A stretch of 53,945 bases of DNA from an uncultured Methanosarcinales archaeon (GCA_964460195.1 CAYWPJ010000006.1:1-53945); one strand, 5' to 3'. Positions 32,876 through 41,559 are shown, counted from the stretch's first letter. Numbers and translations: made by a program. Notes: generated from the letters alone by a model not told the origin.

Positions 32876-33438
32876 AACCCCTGATTATCACCTGCGGCTT
32901 GTCCGGCTCGGGCAAGACCTTCCATTCAAAGAAACTGAAGGAAAAGCTGGCTGGTTACCGTTTGATCAACCTGGGCCAGTTCCGGGAGCAGCTGGGCATT
33001 ACTACTTATTCCCGCAAAGATACGCCTAAAATGCTGGCCCTGGCCATCGAGGAGATTGAAAAGAACCATCATCTCGGCTTCGGCTCCCTCCTCGACGCTA
33101 ATTTAAAGACCAATGACTTGAGGCAGTGCTTCTATGACCTGGCCAAATATTTAGGAACGGAAGTCCTCCTCATCGAGATGAGCTGCTCTGACGAAGCCGC
33201 CCGCCGGAGGATGGAAGAACGGGAGCAGACGACTCTGGCTGAGAACCCGAAATTGTTCTCTGTCTATCTCGAGCAGAAGAAGGTCTGGCAGGACACTTTA
33301 ATGGACTTAGAGTTGGCCGGGAATGAGCATCTGACGGTCATCAAATACAATACTGAAAGCCATTCCTTAGAATTAATTAAGGGGAATCTGGCTGGTTCTG
33401 CTCTGGTTGGGCAAATCGTGGAAGTGTTGGCTGGTTGA
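32872..33438 (+). CDS. P-loop kinase (AAA_33/APS-kinase-like fold; substrate unknown)
   Basis: Walker A is CGLSGSGKT. LLDANLKTNDLRQ resembles the DxTN motif of AAA_33 kinases. The ATG overlaps the upstream stop (ATGA at 32872-32875). Confidence 0.6.
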   Translation: MKPLIITCGLSGSGKTFHSKKLKEKLAGYRLINLGQFREQLGITTYSRKDTPKMLALAIEEIEKNHHLGFGSLLDANLKTNDLRQCFYDLAKYLGTEVLLIEMSCSDEAARRRMEEREQTTLAENPKLFSVYLEQKKVWQDTLMDLELAGNEHLTVIKYNTESHSLELIKGNLAGSALVGQIVEVLAG

Positions 33439-33561
33439 ATGATGAAAAAGCCGGCTGGCTGAGCAAGAGGTAAAAAGCATAAACGTATGCGTCGCTGTTA
33501 AGTGAGCCAAGCCGGAGGTGAGAGTGCAATGTGCCGCCTCATCCCGAAGGAGTGAGAAAAG

Positions 33562-33576
33562 TTGCCCAAAGCCCGC
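33562..33576. repeat. Inverted-repeat arm (stop-codon-proximal) of the MazG-like cassette
   Basis: TTGCCCAAAGCCCGC ends 1 nt before the stop codon (33577-33579). Its partner is at 33972..33986, 13/15 complementary. Confidence 0.7.
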
Positions 33577-33927
33577 CTATTTTTTAACAAGATTATTTTC
33601 AGGATTTTTATGATTATATTTTGCTAGAATTTCTTTTTTAACAAGATTAAACGCTTCTTCAATATCAACATCAAGTTGATTCGCAAGGCGACAAGTGCCG
33701 AAAAACAAATCTCCTATCCCATCAACAAAAATATCTTTATTTTCCTCTACAAATTTTTTGCGTTCTTCTTCTGATTTATATCTCAAATGTTGTGACATTT
33801 CAACAAGTTCTTCATGTAAATGGTCAAACTTATCAACACTTGGCACATCTTTCCAATTGTTACGCTCAGCAAAAAATTTGAGTGATTTCTGAGCTTCTTT
33901 CATTGTGGTGATTTGTTTTTCTTCCAT
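33577..33927 (-). CDS. MazG-like nucleoside triphosphate pyrophosphohydrolase (small, all-alpha)
   Basis: FAERNNW..FDHLHEELVEMSQH and GIGDLFFGTCRLANQLDVDIEEAF match the EExxE/D metal-binding helices of the MazG family. AT-rich. Confidence 0.7.
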   Translation of the reverse strand: MEEKQITTMKEAQKSLKFFAERNNWKDVPSVDKFDHLHEELVEMSQHLRYKSEEERKKFVEENKDIFVDGIGDLFFGTCRLANQLDVDIEEAFNLVKKEILAKYNHKNPENNLVKK

Positions 33928-33950
33928 CTGATTAAATTAAAATCCTAAAC

Positions 33951-33958
33951 TTTATAAA
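33951..33958 (-). promoter_or_regulatory. TATA box (TTTATAAA) for the MazG-like gene
   Basis: Centred about 27 nt upstream of the ATG at 33927 (leaderless geometry). It lies between the ORF and the distal IR arm. Confidence 0.55.
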
Positions 33959-33971
33959 CCAATTGCTTTTA

Positions 33972-33986
33972 GCGGGCGTAGGGCAA
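33972..33986. repeat. Inverted-repeat arm (promoter-distal) of the MazG-like cassette
   Basis: The reverse complement of GCGGGCGTAGGGCAA is TTGCCCTACGCCCGC, compared with TTGCCCAAAGCCCGC. Confidence 0.7.
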
Positions 33987-33999
33987 TTTCAAACAAAAG

Positions 34000-34752
34000 C
34001 TAATTCCTCTCCCGATCTTCCTTCAGCAGACTGAGGGACTGGCTGAGCAGTTTCCTCAAAAATTCTAAAAAGTTGACCAGGGAATAGGCAATTAAAGTGT
34101 AATGAGGCAGATCAAAAATTATTCCAAAAAAAAGCAGGTTCCCCAGATGCTCGACCCGGAAGAAGTCAAAGAGCCGCTGTTTCCAGTTAAACCGCCCCGT
34201 CAGCGATCCGGAGCGGAGAGCCGACTGCTGCATCAGCTCAAAAACCTTGTTTCTTTCCTCTTCGGTCTTCGAATACCAGGCCGGGTTTAGAGTAATCGCC
34301 TTGTTAAGCAGATAAAAAAGAGCGGCAGCGAAACCAAAAATCAGGTAGAGGGGGCCGAAGCGGAGGGAAGTGCCTATACCTAAGCAGACGAAGAGGAAAG
34401 GATTGTTGACATAGTGCCCCAGCTGATCAAGATATTTCGGGAAAAGCTTCTTCCGCAGCGGGCGTTGGGGATGGTGATAGCGGTAGAGTTTCCCGTCCGA
34501 CAGGTCAAGGACAAACATCAGCTGGAAAAGGACAATCCCCAGGACGAAGTAGCGGTATTCCCCGCTCAGGAAAAGCAGGGGGATAAAAAACTGGAAGATG
34601 ACCCAGAAAAAAGTCAGCTGGGTAGGAGTAACCTTCAAAAGGAGGGCTAGTTTAACAATATAATTGGCAAAGTAATCTAAAACTCTTTCATAACCCCATC
34701 TTTTAGTTTGGGTTTGTTCACGAATGGTTTTTATTGACGGAAGTTTCATCAC
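34000..34752 (-). CDS. Divergent CDP-alcohol phosphatidyltransferase-like membrane protein
   Basis: Polytopic. DLSDGKLYR corresponds to DxxDGxxAR, followed by KYLDQLGHY. It is a paralog of 36401..37234. Confidence 0.55.
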   Translation of the reverse strand: MMKLPSIKTIREQTQTKRWGYERVLDYFANYIVKLALLLKVTPTQLTFFWVIFQFFIPLLFLSGEYRYFVLGIVLFQLMFVLDLSDGKLYRYHHPQRPLRKKLFPKYLDQLGHYVNNPFLFVCLGIGTSLRFGPLYLIFGFAAALFYLLNKAITLNPAWYSKTEEERNKVFELMQQSALRSGSLTGRFNWKQRLFDFFRVEHLGNLLFFGIIFDLPHYTLIAYSLVNFLEFLRKLLSQSLSLLKEDRERN

Positions 34753-36272
34753 TCCACTCTTTTCTCTCCCTTTTCTCCTGTTTTCGCTCTGCGTTTAAAA
34801 ATTTTCTGAACAAAAAGCCAATCTTCCTTCCTGATCTCCCCAAATAAGTACAAAAATAGCAGGTAGATTGAAAACAAAGCGAAGTAATTCACCAGTAAAA
34901 GTATTCCCGAGTATTGCCAGAAAGAAGCCAGGATAAAAATTAACAGAGAGAGAGCGGTTATTTTCAGGAAAGAAGAAAGACCAACCAGGGTTTTCCATTT
35001 CCCATACGTGTAGGCCAGAGCGGCCAGCAGGGCGATTAAAGCAGCTGACAGGAAGGACCAGGCCGCCCCGATTAAGCCTAGTTTAGGAATTAACAGCCAG
35101 CTGATCAAAAACAGGGCGGCTAAAATGATGATGGTCATGCCCATTTCCACTTTCGGCCGGCCGCTGCCGGTAATCACTGAAGCCAGCAGGGTAAAGACAG
35201 CCAGGGCGCCGGAGCCTAAAGCCAGAAGGGTAAAAACCGGCGCCGCCGGAAGATAATCCGGCGGATAAAATAAGACGACTAATTTTTCCGAGGTGGCTGT
35301 AATCAGGGCCAGGCAGGGGAAAAGAAGCAGCAGAAGGTAACGCAGCGAGCCGGAAAGATATTTCTTTGCCTGCTCAACTTTTCCCGCCGAGAAAGCCCGG
35401 GAGACGGAGGGCATTAAAGTGATGGCCACAACGGAAAAGACCATGAAAGGGAACTGGGAAAGGGTCAAAGCGGCTGTATAGTAGCCCATCAATTCGTTGC
35501 TCACCAGAAAATATTTGACTAAAAAAGTGTTAAGATTTCTCACTAAGGTCAGAGCCAGGGCAGCAACCGTGACCGGCAGGGAAAATTTTAAGATTTCAAC
35601 CCATCCGAAAGTTCTTCCCGAGCTAAAAGCCCGCGCCGGACCGCTTTTCTGGGGCAGGTTCCGCTGCAGAAGCCAGGCGCCGGCCAGAAAAGAAACGACG
35701 GCGGCTAACAAATAACCGGTTAAAACCCCCCAAAGCTGGAATCCCAGAAAAACCAAAACGACGACCAAGATCATTCTCAGGAAGGGATAGCCGACCCTGA
35801 GGATGAACTGCTGCCGGAAAAGACGCAGTCCGTTAAGATAACCGTTGGGATAGAGAGAATTGAGAGCCAAAGGAAAAACGATTACCCCTAAAAGGATCAG
35901 GTAACCTTTCAGCAGGGGCTCTTTGAGAAAGGAAGCCAGGAATCCGGCAGAGAGGATATAGATTAAAGAAAGAGAAATACCTAAAATAACCTGCAGCCGG
36001 AAGGAAGTTTTGATCAGTGATTGTGCGTTAACCTTTGTCTCGGAAAGGAATTTGGCCACCGCTTTAGGTATCCCGGTATTGAGAAAAGCGCGGTTGAAGA
36101 GATAGAGGGACATCAGCAGGCCGAAAATACCGTACATTTCCACTCCCAATTGCCGGGCTAAGATAATGTGTAAAAGATAGTTGGAAAGGATGAAAACCAG
36201 TTCGGAAACCATCATGTAAAAAGTAGCGACTCCCATTGACTGGGCTCTCTTTGGCTGGCTCGACTGGCTCAT
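34749..36272 (-). CDS. MOP-superfamily polysaccharide/oligosaccharide flippase (Wzx-like)
   Basis: 507 aa with about 12-14 TM helices and an N-terminus typical of polysaccharide biosynthesis protein families. It overlaps the downstream gene by 4 nt. Confidence 0.75.
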   Translation of the reverse strand: MSQSSQPKRAQSMGVATFYMMVSELVFILSNYLLHIILARQLGVEMYGIFGLLMSLYLFNRAFLNTGIPKAVAKFLSETKVNAQSLIKTSFRLQVILGISLSLIYILSAGFLASFLKEPLLKGYLILLGVIVFPLALNSLYPNGYLNGLRLFRQQFILRVGYPFLRMILVVVLVFLGFQLWGVLTGYLLAAVVSFLAGAWLLQRNLPQKSGPARAFSSGRTFGWVEILKFSLPVTVAALALTLVRNLNTFLVKYFLVSNELMGYYTAALTLSQFPFMVFSVVAITLMPSVSRAFSAGKVEQAKKYLSGSLRYLLLLLFPCLALITATSEKLVVLFYPPDYLPAAPVFTLLALGSGALAVFTLLASVITGSGRPKVEMGMTIIILAALFLISWLLIPKLGLIGAAWSFLSAALIALLAALAYTYGKWKTLVGLSSFLKITALSLLIFILASFWQYSGILLLVNYFALFSIYLLFLYLFGEIRKEDWLFVQKIFKRRAKTGEKGEKRVE

Positions 36273-36400
36273 GGGAAATTTTCGGCGGCTAAAAAGTATT
36301 TAAGCCTGCTGGAAGAAAGAGACATAAAAAGCTTTCAAAGGCGTGTTGAAATATATATTCAGATAAGTATTGGGAGCCTTCATTTTAGCTCTTTTTCATT

Positions 36401-37234
36401 TTAGCTCTTCTTTATTTTCAGTTTCATTCCTTTGTCAAAACGGCCCAACATCTTTAACTGCACGTAGATCACCCGCAGCATTTTCAAAAGATAGATGGGA
36501 GTATAAACAAAAATAGCCCATTGGGGCAGGTTGACCAGGATCAGGAGAGTCATCAGATTCAAAGGATTGCTCCTCCGGAAAATGAGGAAAAGATTGATTA
36601 ATTTCTGGCTTTTGGGCCGGGTGGACAGCTTTTCTTTAATGATTAAGACTTTTTTTCTCATATCCTTTGCGTAATAAAAAGGATCAGTGATCGCCAGTTG
36701 GCTGTAAAGAATGCTGAAAGCGGCAACTAGCCCGAGGATAAGATACAGATAGTCGTCGTAAGCGAGGGACGTGCCGAGCGACAGGCAGAGGAAAAAGATC
36801 GGCCCGCCGAAATATAACCCCAACTCTTCCAGAAAGATGCCCCGATAGCTTCTGATCTTCTTTATTCTGGCCAGCTGCCCGTCGATATAGTCCAGCAGGG
36901 CGGCGGACGTGTAGAGAAGCACGCCAATGACGTTGAATTTGTATGTCCCAAAGACCATCAAGAAGGAAGCAAATAGCTGCAGGAAAACCCAAAAGGCAGT
37001 GATTTGGTTGGGGGTGATATTTGTCTTTAAGATAATTCTGGTCACGTAGAGCAGCGAATGATGCATCAGGACGCTGAACCAGGAATAATAATCTTTCTTG
37101 CAAAGTTCCCGCAGCTCGGCCATGGAAATATCTTTATAAGGCTTGGATGGATAAGGTTTAGGGGGATCTGATTTAGAAGGATGTGATTTTGAGAGGTAAG
37201 GTTTAGGCGGCTCTTTTTTGGCTGGTTTGGGCAT
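36401..37234 (-). CDS. CDP-alcohol phosphatidyltransferase family protein (divergent second half-motif)
   Basis: LLDYIDGQLAR-x8-GIFLEELGL means D1, D2, G and AR are present, D3 is Glu and D4 is absent. The N-terminus is proline/lysine-rich with PKPY/PSKS repeats. Confidence 0.65.
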   Translation of the reverse strand: MPKPAKKEPPKPYLSKSHPSKSDPPKPYPSKPYKDISMAELRELCKKDYYSWFSVLMHHSLLYVTRIILKTNITPNQITAFWVFLQLFASFLMVFGTYKFNVIGVLLYTSAALLDYIDGQLARIKKIRSYRGIFLEELGLYFGGPIFFLCLSLGTSLAYDDYLYLILGLVAAFSILYSQLAITDPFYYAKDMRKKVLIIKEKLSTRPKSQKLINLFLIFRRSNPLNLMTLLILVNLPQWAIFVYTPIYLLKMLRVIYVQLKMLGRFDKGMKLKIKKS

Positions 37235-37426
37235 GGACTGGCCGGCGGCAATATTATTTAAAAGGCTTTCGTTCCTGTGTTCTATTGTGTTATCCCGAAA
37301 CTATTTCCCCGCGATTAAATCTGAGAACTTCCTATCTCTGAGAACCATTACTTATTTAAACCAGCAGTTTTTAAAAGAAAATTGTAGGTTAATAAACGAT
37401 GGATTAAATAAATGGTGAATTAAACA

Positions 37427-37909
37427 ATGATTGGCACAATCCAGCTTTTCCTTTCCCGCTGCCTCCGCCCCTTTTGGAAACCCGGCCTGCCGGTGATTTT
37501 TCCCTTAGCCCAGCTGATGCGGGAACTGCTTCTTTTCATCTTCAAATGCGATATCTCTCCCCTGGCTAAAGTTCCCTATTCGACCAAATTTCCCCATCAT
37601 ATCGGCATTGTCATCGGCGCCTGCACCATGGGCGAGAACTGCCTCATCCGGCCTAACGTGGTGATCGGAAGAAAAGATGTCGAGGGGGAAAAGGAAACCC
37701 TGGCGGAAAAAAGAGCTAAATTTCCCATGCTTGGTTCTAATATCATCATCGGCTCCAATGTTTCCATCCTTGGCCCGATCCGGATCGGCGACAATTCCAT
37801 CATCGGGGCGGGAAGCGTCGTTCTGAAGGACGTTGAGGAGAATGGGATATATGCCGGCGTGCCGGCGAAAAAAGTCGGTGAGGTTAATGTTAAGCGAGCG
37901 ATATATTAA
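37427..37909 (+). CDS. Hexapeptide-repeat acyltransferase, serine O-acetyltransferase (CysE)-like C-terminal domain
   Basis: HHIGIVIGACTMGENCLIRPNVVIG .. KFPMLGSNIIIGSNVSILGPIRIGDNSIIGAGSVVLKDV..AGVPAKKV forms a left-handed beta-helix. Confidence 0.7.
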   Translation: MIGTIQLFLSRCLRPFWKPGLPVIFPLAQLMRELLLFIFKCDISPLAKVPYSTKFPHHIGIVIGACTMGENCLIRPNVVIGRKDVEGEKETLAEKRAKFPMLGSNIIIGSNVSILGPIRIGDNSIIGAGSVVLKDVEENGIYAGVPAKKVGEVNVKRAIY

Positions 37910-38933
37910 CGACGATAAGAGTACAGTCTATCTAGGTGAATCCGCCCTGTCCGGGAAGCAGGCTTTGCTGGCGAAAGCAGCTCAAGGGATATACCCCACA
38001 GAAGAAGCGCCTTGCTCTATCTGCCAGAGCGGCCATTTTAAAGTCCTTTCCAAAAAGGAGCGAAGAGGAATCCCCTTATCCGTAGTTATCTGCCAGAATT
38101 GCGGTTTGGTCCAAGCTAACCCCCGGTTGGATAAGGAAGCTTACGTCCAGTTTTATAACAACGAATACGAGCTGCTTCAAGCTGAAGCAGACGGAGAAAA
38201 TGAAACTTTCTTCAGCATCGAACGGAAGCGGGGGAAAAAAATTTATGAATTTCTAAAAGGACAGCTGGGAAGGGGAATTAAGGATAAATTTATCGTCGAG
38301 ATTGGTGCCGGGGCCGGGGGGATTCTCTCTTATTTTCAGGAACAGGGAAACGAGGTTTACGGTCTCGACTTGGGAGAGGAATATGTTAGATTTGGCCAAA
38401 AGAAAGGTGTCCGCCTGGAGGTAGGGGGGATAGAAAAACTTAAGCAGCTAAAGAAAAAACCTTACTTAGTCATCTACAATCACGTTTTGGAGCATCTTCT
38501 CGATCCTCTTAAAGAATTGCAAGAGGTAAAAAAACACCTGAGAGAAGGAACTTTTTTGTACCTCGCTGTACCGGGAATTAAAAACATCCCTTACTCCCAT
38601 CAATCAGACTTTCTAAAATACTTAACCATCACTCACGTCAATTATTTCACTAAGACAACTGTATCTAATTTGTTTAAGATGGCCGGGGGGTTAAGAATTG
38701 TCCATGTTGATGAAAAAATAGAAGCCTTCCTCCAGCTGGATTCAAGGGTTAAACCGAACAAGATTCAAAACGACTATGAGTCCTGCTGGGAATTTCTTCA
38801 GAAGCTTGAAAATAGCCGACCAGGGAATTTTTCCTGGCAAAGGATTAAAAACGCTCTGATGAACTTTTTAAAGAGAATAGGGCTGTACCGTTATTTAAAA
38901 TCGGCTTATTCCAAAATAAGCAATTTCCTATAA
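37887..38933 (+). CDS. Class I SAM-dependent methyltransferase with N-terminal Cys4 zinc ribbon
   Basis: CSICQS..x..CQNCG, then motif I VEIGAGAGG and YGLDLGEE. The ATG at 37887 is preceded by GGTGAGGT; the track ORF begins at 37833. Confidence 0.7.
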   Translation: MLSERYINDDKSTVYLGESALSGKQALLAKAAQGIYPTEEAPCSICQSGHFKVLSKKERRGIPLSVVICQNCGLVQANPRLDKEAYVQFYNNEYELLQAEADGENETFFSIERKRGKKIYEFLKGQLGRGIKDKFIVEIGAGAGGILSYFQEQGNEVYGLDLGEEYVRFGQKKGVRLEVGGIEKLKQLKKKPYLVIYNHVLEHLLDPLKELQEVKKHLREGTFLYLAVPGIKNIPYSHQSDFLKYLTITHVNYFTKTTVSNLFKMAGGLRIVHVDEKIEAFLQLDSRVKPNKIQNDYESCWEFLQKLENSRPGNFSWQRIKNALMNFLKRIGLYRYLKSAYSKISNFL

Positions 38934-39079
38934 CGGAAGACATAATTATTTATACAAATTAGTTATGTCTTCCGAATATAGTAACTGATACTTTGTATAA
39001 ATATTTAAGTCAGTTACTATATAACAAAAACCGCACTAATCCCGGACAATTTTCAATAAACAAATGTCTGTCAAGACAA

Positions 39080-40366
39080 TTACAAAAGATAATCACCTTC
39101 CAAGAAATGCTGCAGCACTTCCCGGCAATATTCCTCATTCATCTCCTTGACGTCGACGACCGTAAATCTTCCTTTCTTCATCCCATAACTCCGGCAGCGC
39201 TGCATCGCCGCGACGGCCTGCTCGGGGCTCAAACCAATCTCTTCAAGGGAAAGGGGCAAACCCAGGCGGGCAACCAAACGATTAATCTCACTAATTTCAC
39301 GACTATCTCTTCCCTGCACATAGCTCATCAGCTGGGAGCCTAGGGCGACCAGCTCGCCATGCAAGGGCGGGCAGGCAAAACCTTCCTCTGCCTCCTTGGC
39401 AAAGAGATGCTCCGAACCGCTGGCCGGAGCGCTCCCGACCCAGCCAGTGATATGGCAAAGAAGCACCTGATGGAAAACATAATCGGCAATCCATTCCGCC
39501 AGCGGCCGGCGGGAGTCAACCTGTCCCAGCCAGTCAAGCGTCCCACGGCACATGTCAATAACAACCTCATTTGTTTTAGCCCGGCCATATTTTTCAGCGA
39601 GCTTCCAGTCCTCAACCGCCGTCGTATAAGCCATCAAATCGCCTAATCCAGCTCTGATCAGGCGGGGGTTGTTTTCCTGGAGCCCTTCAAGGAAATTAGT
39701 GTCGACCAAAGCCAAATTAGGAACGGTTCCATCAATCGTTTTTTCATGGCCTAATTCTTTGATCGCCGGCAGACAATGAATTTTGGGAGAAGCATAAACG
39801 TGGCTCGCTAAACTGGTGGGAACAGCGATCGTGAAATTCCCCGCCTGCATCTGCACGTATTTGAGGATGTCCATAACCCTTCCCCCGCCGATGCCGATGA
39901 GACGGCTTTCCCGGCTCTCCGCAGTAGCGGTGATGATTTCCTGTAAATCCCTTCCGCTGAGGGCATCAATCAGATAAACCCGGCTCCGGTTGAAGATGCC
40001 GGAACCGAAAGATTCCCGGAAGAGGGAATGGACATTCCGGTCAGTGATGACAATAGCGGAATTCATCTCCGGAACGATTTTCTGAATCATCCCCTGTCCG
40101 ACAACTACTTCCTCAGAGATATAACTCCCGACAGGAAGATTCCGGAGCAAATCTTCTTTTAAATGCTCTTTTTTCTGCCCCTCTATCCCTTGCGGCCGGA
40201 GAAAAGTTTTTTGCCAGATCTCCTCGAGCTCGGCTCGTTTCCGCAAAGACAAGTCATCGTTTGAAAGATAAAGCCGCTCGTGCAGCCCCAGCAGGTAGCT
40301 TCCCAGCCGGGTTCTCCGGATAATTTCCCTGGGCACGAAAAGGGAAGAAGGAAGTCCCTCAGCCAT
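39080..40366 (-). CDS. egsA: sn-glycerol-1-phosphate dehydrogenase family (EgsA/AraM-like) with about 80-aa N-terminal extension
   Basis: GIGGGRVMDILKY, AVPTSLASH, GLGDLMAYTTAVEDWKLA, SAPASGSEHLFAKE and PLHGELVALG align by eye with archaeal G1PDH. Confidence 0.75.
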   Translation of the reverse strand: MAEGLPSSLFVPREIIRRTRLGSYLLGLHERLYLSNDDLSLRKRAELEEIWQKTFLRPQGIEGQKKEHLKEDLLRNLPVGSYISEEVVVGQGMIQKIVPEMNSAIVITDRNVHSLFRESFGSGIFNRSRVYLIDALSGRDLQEIITATAESRESRLIGIGGGRVMDILKYVQMQAGNFTIAVPTSLASHVYASPKIHCLPAIKELGHEKTIDGTVPNLALVDTNFLEGLQENNPRLIRAGLGDLMAYTTAVEDWKLAEKYGRAKTNEVVIDMCRGTLDWLGQVDSRRPLAEWIADYVFHQVLLCHITGWVGSAPASGSEHLFAKEAEEGFACPPLHGELVALGSQLMSYVQGRDSREISEINRLVARLGLPLSLEEIGLSPEQAVAAMQRCRSYGMKKGRFTVVDVKEMNEEYCREVLQHFLEGDYLL

Positions 40367-40446
40367 TTTTCAACATCACTCCTTTCGGCATCACTCCGGA
40401 ACTGAGGCTCAATAATTTTATAAACCTTGTGAAAAAGAGGGTAAGG

Positions 40447-41295
40447 ATGAAGGAAGAGGCAGTAGAAATTCGAGAAGAGGCAGCAGAAACTCCCCGGCCC
40501 GAAGCAAAAAAAGTAGAGGAAATCAACCTCAAAAAAGCAGAGGAAGTCAACATTAAAGAAGCAGGAGAAATCGACATCAGTCAGTTCAGCCGGACAAAAA
40601 AAAAGTTTGCGCTGGTATGCCAAAACGATATTCCTTATTTAATCAAGGAAATCAGCCTTAAAAACCTGGCCGGCAAACATTCCCTTCAATTTTTCTATGA
40701 GCAGATTTTGGAATATATCTACCTCATCCGGCAGGCCGGGATTCCCCTTCCGGAGATAGCTGAACATTCTCGGAAAGATGACAAACTGTCTTTTACCTGC
40801 CGGTACCACGGGAAAAATTTCCTCCAGCTGGCCCAAAATCCGGCCAGGCTTGTCGGGGAAATGCTGCCTTTGGTGAAAAAAGCCGTGCGCATCCTGCGGC
40901 AGGCACAGGAAGCAAACCTCTCCCTGGACCCCAACCTTAAGTACTTTTGTTCTGACGAAGAGGGGAAAGTTTATTTTGTTGATTTTTCCCCCCCTTACGG
41001 GCTGGACTACCGGGAGCAGAACTATGATCAAATAGTCATCAGGGCCACGGCGCCAGAGCACCAGGCAATCGTCGCCCAAAACTTAGAGTGCTTTAAGCCG
41101 GAAAATTTAGGGTTTCATTTCGCCGGCGATTTGCTGAAAGAAGATCCGGCCTATGAAGAGATCATGCCCGGCCTATACCAGCTCTTGGTGGAAGAGAGAG
41201 TTGTTTCGGTTCCCTACCATGAATTCCTGCAGAGGGCCCATCAGGTCAAAAAGATTGAATTGGACCGGATTGGCCGCGGTCTCCGGCTGAGCTGA
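40447..41295 (+). CDS. Hypothetical protein (acidic N-terminus; possible kinase-like fold, unproven)
   Basis: ATG at 40447; the track start at 40429 is GTG. LSLDPNLKYF..KVYFVDFSPP only vaguely recalls kinase catalytic and DFG-like segments. Confidence 0.4.
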   Translation: MKEEAVEIREEAAETPRPEAKKVEEINLKKAEEVNIKEAGEIDISQFSRTKKKFALVCQNDIPYLIKEISLKNLAGKHSLQFFYEQILEYIYLIRQAGIPLPEIAEHSRKDDKLSFTCRYHGKNFLQLAQNPARLVGEMLPLVKKAVRILRQAQEANLSLDPNLKYFCSDEEGKVYFVDFSPPYGLDYREQNYDQIVIRATAPEHQAIVAQNLECFKPENLGFHFAGDLLKEDPAYEEIMPGLYQLLVEERVVSVPYHEFLQRAHQVKKIELDRIGRGLRLS

Positions 41296-41430
41296 GGGTG
41301 CCAAGGGGCTTTAGACCCACTAATTCTTTGTAAAGTACCGACCGCAATGAATTAAATGCCGTTAAGTCCTCGGGGCTTTAAGCGAGCCAGACTAAAATTT
41401 GTTTATCAGATATCTGGCGAGCGTGCCCCG

Positions 41431-41454
41431 ACGAGGAGCATAGCGACGAAGAGT
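41431..41454. repeat. 24-nt motif copy B (ACGAGGAGCATAGCGACGAAGAGT)
   Basis: 22/24 identical to 6571..6594. It directly abuts the outer IR arm at 41454. Confidence 0.7.
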
Positions 41455-41468
41455 AAAATTTGAGTTCT
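41454..41468. repeat. Outer inverted-repeat arm, left (TAAAATTTGAGTTCT)
   Basis: Perfect 15/15 reverse complement of 42116..42130. Confidence 0.85.
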
Positions 41469-41500
41469 CATTGGTTTTGTTTAAAGAAATAAGTATAGTG

Positions 41501-41511
41501 GGGGAAGTTCT
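41501..41511. repeat. Inner inverted-repeat arm, left (GGGGAAGTTCT)
   Basis: Perfect 11/11 reverse complement of 42093..42103. It lies upstream of the TATA box. Confidence 0.8.
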
Positions 41512-41528
41512 CAATATTGGGGGTAATC

Positions 41529-41538
41529 TTTATATAAA
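41529..41538 (+). promoter_or_regulatory. TATA box (TTTATATAAA) for ORF 41560
   Basis: Centred about 26 nt upstream of the ATG (leaderless geometry). Confidence 0.55.
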
Positions 41539-41559
41539 AGTAGTAATTTTTATTGTTTT

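Noticed and set aside
32872-33438. Calling the P-loop kinase adenylylsulfate kinase (CysC)
   Set aside because: GLSGSGKT resembles the CysC P-loop. The rest of the protein (LLDANLKTNDLRQ, overall length and pattern) looks more like generic AAA_33 kinases. The substrate is left open.
40447-41295. Calling ORF 40447-41295 a choline/aminoglycoside-type kinase
   Set aside because: Only a vague LDPNLKYF..YFVDFS resemblance exists, and the catalytic HxDxxxxN spacing is not satisfied.
41367-41437. A 71-nt imperfect hairpin (TCCTC/GAGGA, GGGGC/GCCCC, GCCAGA/TCTGGC with bulges) considered as an integron attC site, and the cassettes as integron gene cassettes
   Set aside because: GTTAAGT (the GTTRRRY type) sits at the 5' rather than the 3' end, and no matching RYYYAAC lies on the other side. 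No IntI gene is present and the cassettes are scattered rather than arrayed. The cassette-flanking repeats are 400-2000 bp apart rather than forming a compact attC. I keep the hairpin only as a structural note.
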